A stretch of 64,000 bases of DNA from assembly GCA_038087875.1 (NCBI GenBank), contig CM075978.1:178498001-178562000 (forward strand). Direction: 5' to 3'. The translations under genes were made by a program, and so were the position numbers. Every line of letters begins with the position of its first letter. Position 1 is the stretch's first letter. Under the pieces are notes generated by a model. It searched no databases. It saw nothing but the letters and a program-made list of their open reading frames with translations, and was not told the origin of the DNA. This DNA is from Malacoraja senta (taxonomy: Eukaryota). Positions 62,280 to 64,000 of this stretch are shown piece after piece.

Positions 62280-64000
62280 GATCCAAAGGGTTTCTACAGC
62301 TATATTAATAGCAAAAGGATAACAAGGAATAAAATTGGTCCATTAGAGAGTCAGAGTGGACAGCTATCTGCAGAGCCAAAAGAGATGGGGGAGATATTGA
62401 ACAATTTATTTTCTTCGGTATTCACCAAGGAGAAGGATATGGAATTATGTGAGGTAAGGGAAACAAGCAGAGTAGCAGAATAAGGGAAACAAGCAGAGTA
62501 GCAATGGAAACTATGAGATTCAAAGAAGAGGAGGTGCGGACACTTTTGAAAAATATGAAAACGGATAAGTCTCCAGGTCCTGACAGGATATTCCCGAGGA
62601 CATTGAGGGAAGTTAGTGTAGAAATAGCAGGGACTATGACAGAAATATTTCAAATGTCATTAGAAACGGGAATAGTGCCGGAGGATTGGCGTACTGCGCA
62701 TGTTGTTCCGTTGTTTAAAAAGGATTCTAAGAGTAAACCTAGCAATTATAGACCTGTTAGTTTGACGTCAGTTGTGGGCAAATTAATGGAAAGGATACTT
62801 AGAGATAATATATATAAGCATCTGGATAAGCAGGGTCTGATTAGGAACAGTCAACATGGATTTGTGCCTGGAAGGTCATGTTTGACTAATCTTCTAGAAT
62901 TTTTCGAAGAGGTTACTAGGGAAATTGATGAGGGTAAAGCAGTGGATGTTGTCTATATGGACTTCAGTAAGGCATTTGACAAGGTTCCTCATGGAAGGTT
63001 GGTTAAGAAGATTAAATTGTTGGGTATTAATGGTGGAGTAGCAAGATGGATTCAACAGTGGTTGAATGGGAGATGCCAGAGAGTAATGGTGGATGGCTGT
63101 TTGTCAGGTTGGAGGCTGATGACTAGTGGGGTGCCTCAGGGGTCTGTGTTGGGTCCACTGTTGTTTGTCATGTACATCAATGGTCTGGATGATGGTGTGG
63201 AAAATTGGATTAGTAAGTATGCAGATGATACTAAGATAGGTGGTGTGGTGGATAATGAAGTAGATTTTCAAAGTCTACAGAGAGATTTAGGCCATTTGGA
63301 AGAGTGGGCTGAAAGATGGCAGATGGAGTTTAATGCTGATAAATGTGAGGTACTACATCTCGGCAGGACAAATCAAAATAGGACGTACATGGTAAATGGT
63401 AGAGAATTGAGGAATGCAGTTGAACAGAGGGATCTAGGAATAACTGTGCATAGTTTCCTGAAGGTGGAATCTCATGTAGATAGGGTGGTAAAGAAAGCTT
63501 TTGGTGTGCTGGCCTTTATAAATCAGAGCATTGAATATAGAAGTTGGGATGTAATGTTAAAATTGTACAAGGCATTGGTGAGGCCAATTCTGGAGTATGG
63601 AGTACAATTTTGGTCGCCTAATTATAGGAAGGATGTCAACAAAATAGAGAGTGTACAGAGGAGATTTACTAGAATGTTGCCTGGGTTTCAGCAACTAAGT
63701 TACAGAGAAAGGTTGAACAAGTTAGGTCTTTATTCTTTGGAGCGCAGAAGGTTAAGAGGGGACTTGATAGAGGTCTTTAAAATTATGAGCGGGTTAGACA
63801 GAGTTGACGTGGATAAGCTTTTTCCATTGAGAGTAGGGAAGATTCAAACAAGGGGACATGACTTGAGAATTAAGGGACAGAAGTTTAGGGGTAACATTAG
63901 GGGGAACTTCTTTACTCAGAGAGTGGTAGCTGTGTGGAATGAGCTTCCAGTGGAAGTGGTGGAGCCTGGTTCGATTTTATCCTTTAAAAATAGATTGGAT
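62280..64000 (+). mobile_element. CR1-B LINE, 5'-truncated, runs off the window
   Basis: Nearly identical to 42337-42768 plus 47500-48701 plus 51963 onward; YADD at about 63218; short tandem duplication at 62455-62503. Confidence 0.93.

Noticed and set aside
1-64000. tRNA, rRNA and known miRNA genes
   Set aside because: None recognised by eye. The tRNA-complementary sequences are primer-binding sites, and the SINE copies lack their tRNA-derived heads. An Infernal or miRBase search is needed to exclude them formally.

Overview
This is eukaryotic (vertebrate) genomic DNA, not microbial. The repeat content (HER1-type CR1 LINEs with (CTATGTTT)n tails, HE1/V-SINE pieces, Penelope tails) points to a cartilaginous fish, probably a skate or ray (inference). 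A large share of the window is transposable elements, and I could not identify any host protein-coding exon. Main structures: (1) A four-element nest at 40.8-52.3 kb. An old CR1 tail is split by a CR1-B LINE, which is itself split by a full-length Ty3/Gypsy element (203/204-bp LTRs, TAAAC TSD) and by an antisense CR1-A copy with an intact 1032-aa ORF2. (2) Both CR1 ORF1/ORF2 junctions read T_TTA_AAC_TAG, a correctly phased -1 slippery heptamer that leads into an ORF2 frame lacking a start AUG. The CR1-A copy also looks like a CR1-B/CR1-A chimera. (3) A truncated class I-type endogenous retrovirus (651-bp LTR, perfect tRNA-Pro PBS, five repeated leader hairpins) lies about 1.7 kb upstream of a candidate minus-strand host promoter and in the same orientation. 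That promoter is followed by a short first exon and a 16-nt microexon. (4) A Penelope element and scattered Penelope tails carry hammerhead-ribozyme-like cores. There are also L1, Rex1-like, hAT-MITE and palindromic MITE insertions, several TE-free blocks that look like conserved enhancers, and a 200-N assembly gap. All coordinates and similarities were read by eye; boundaries of decayed repeats are approximate.
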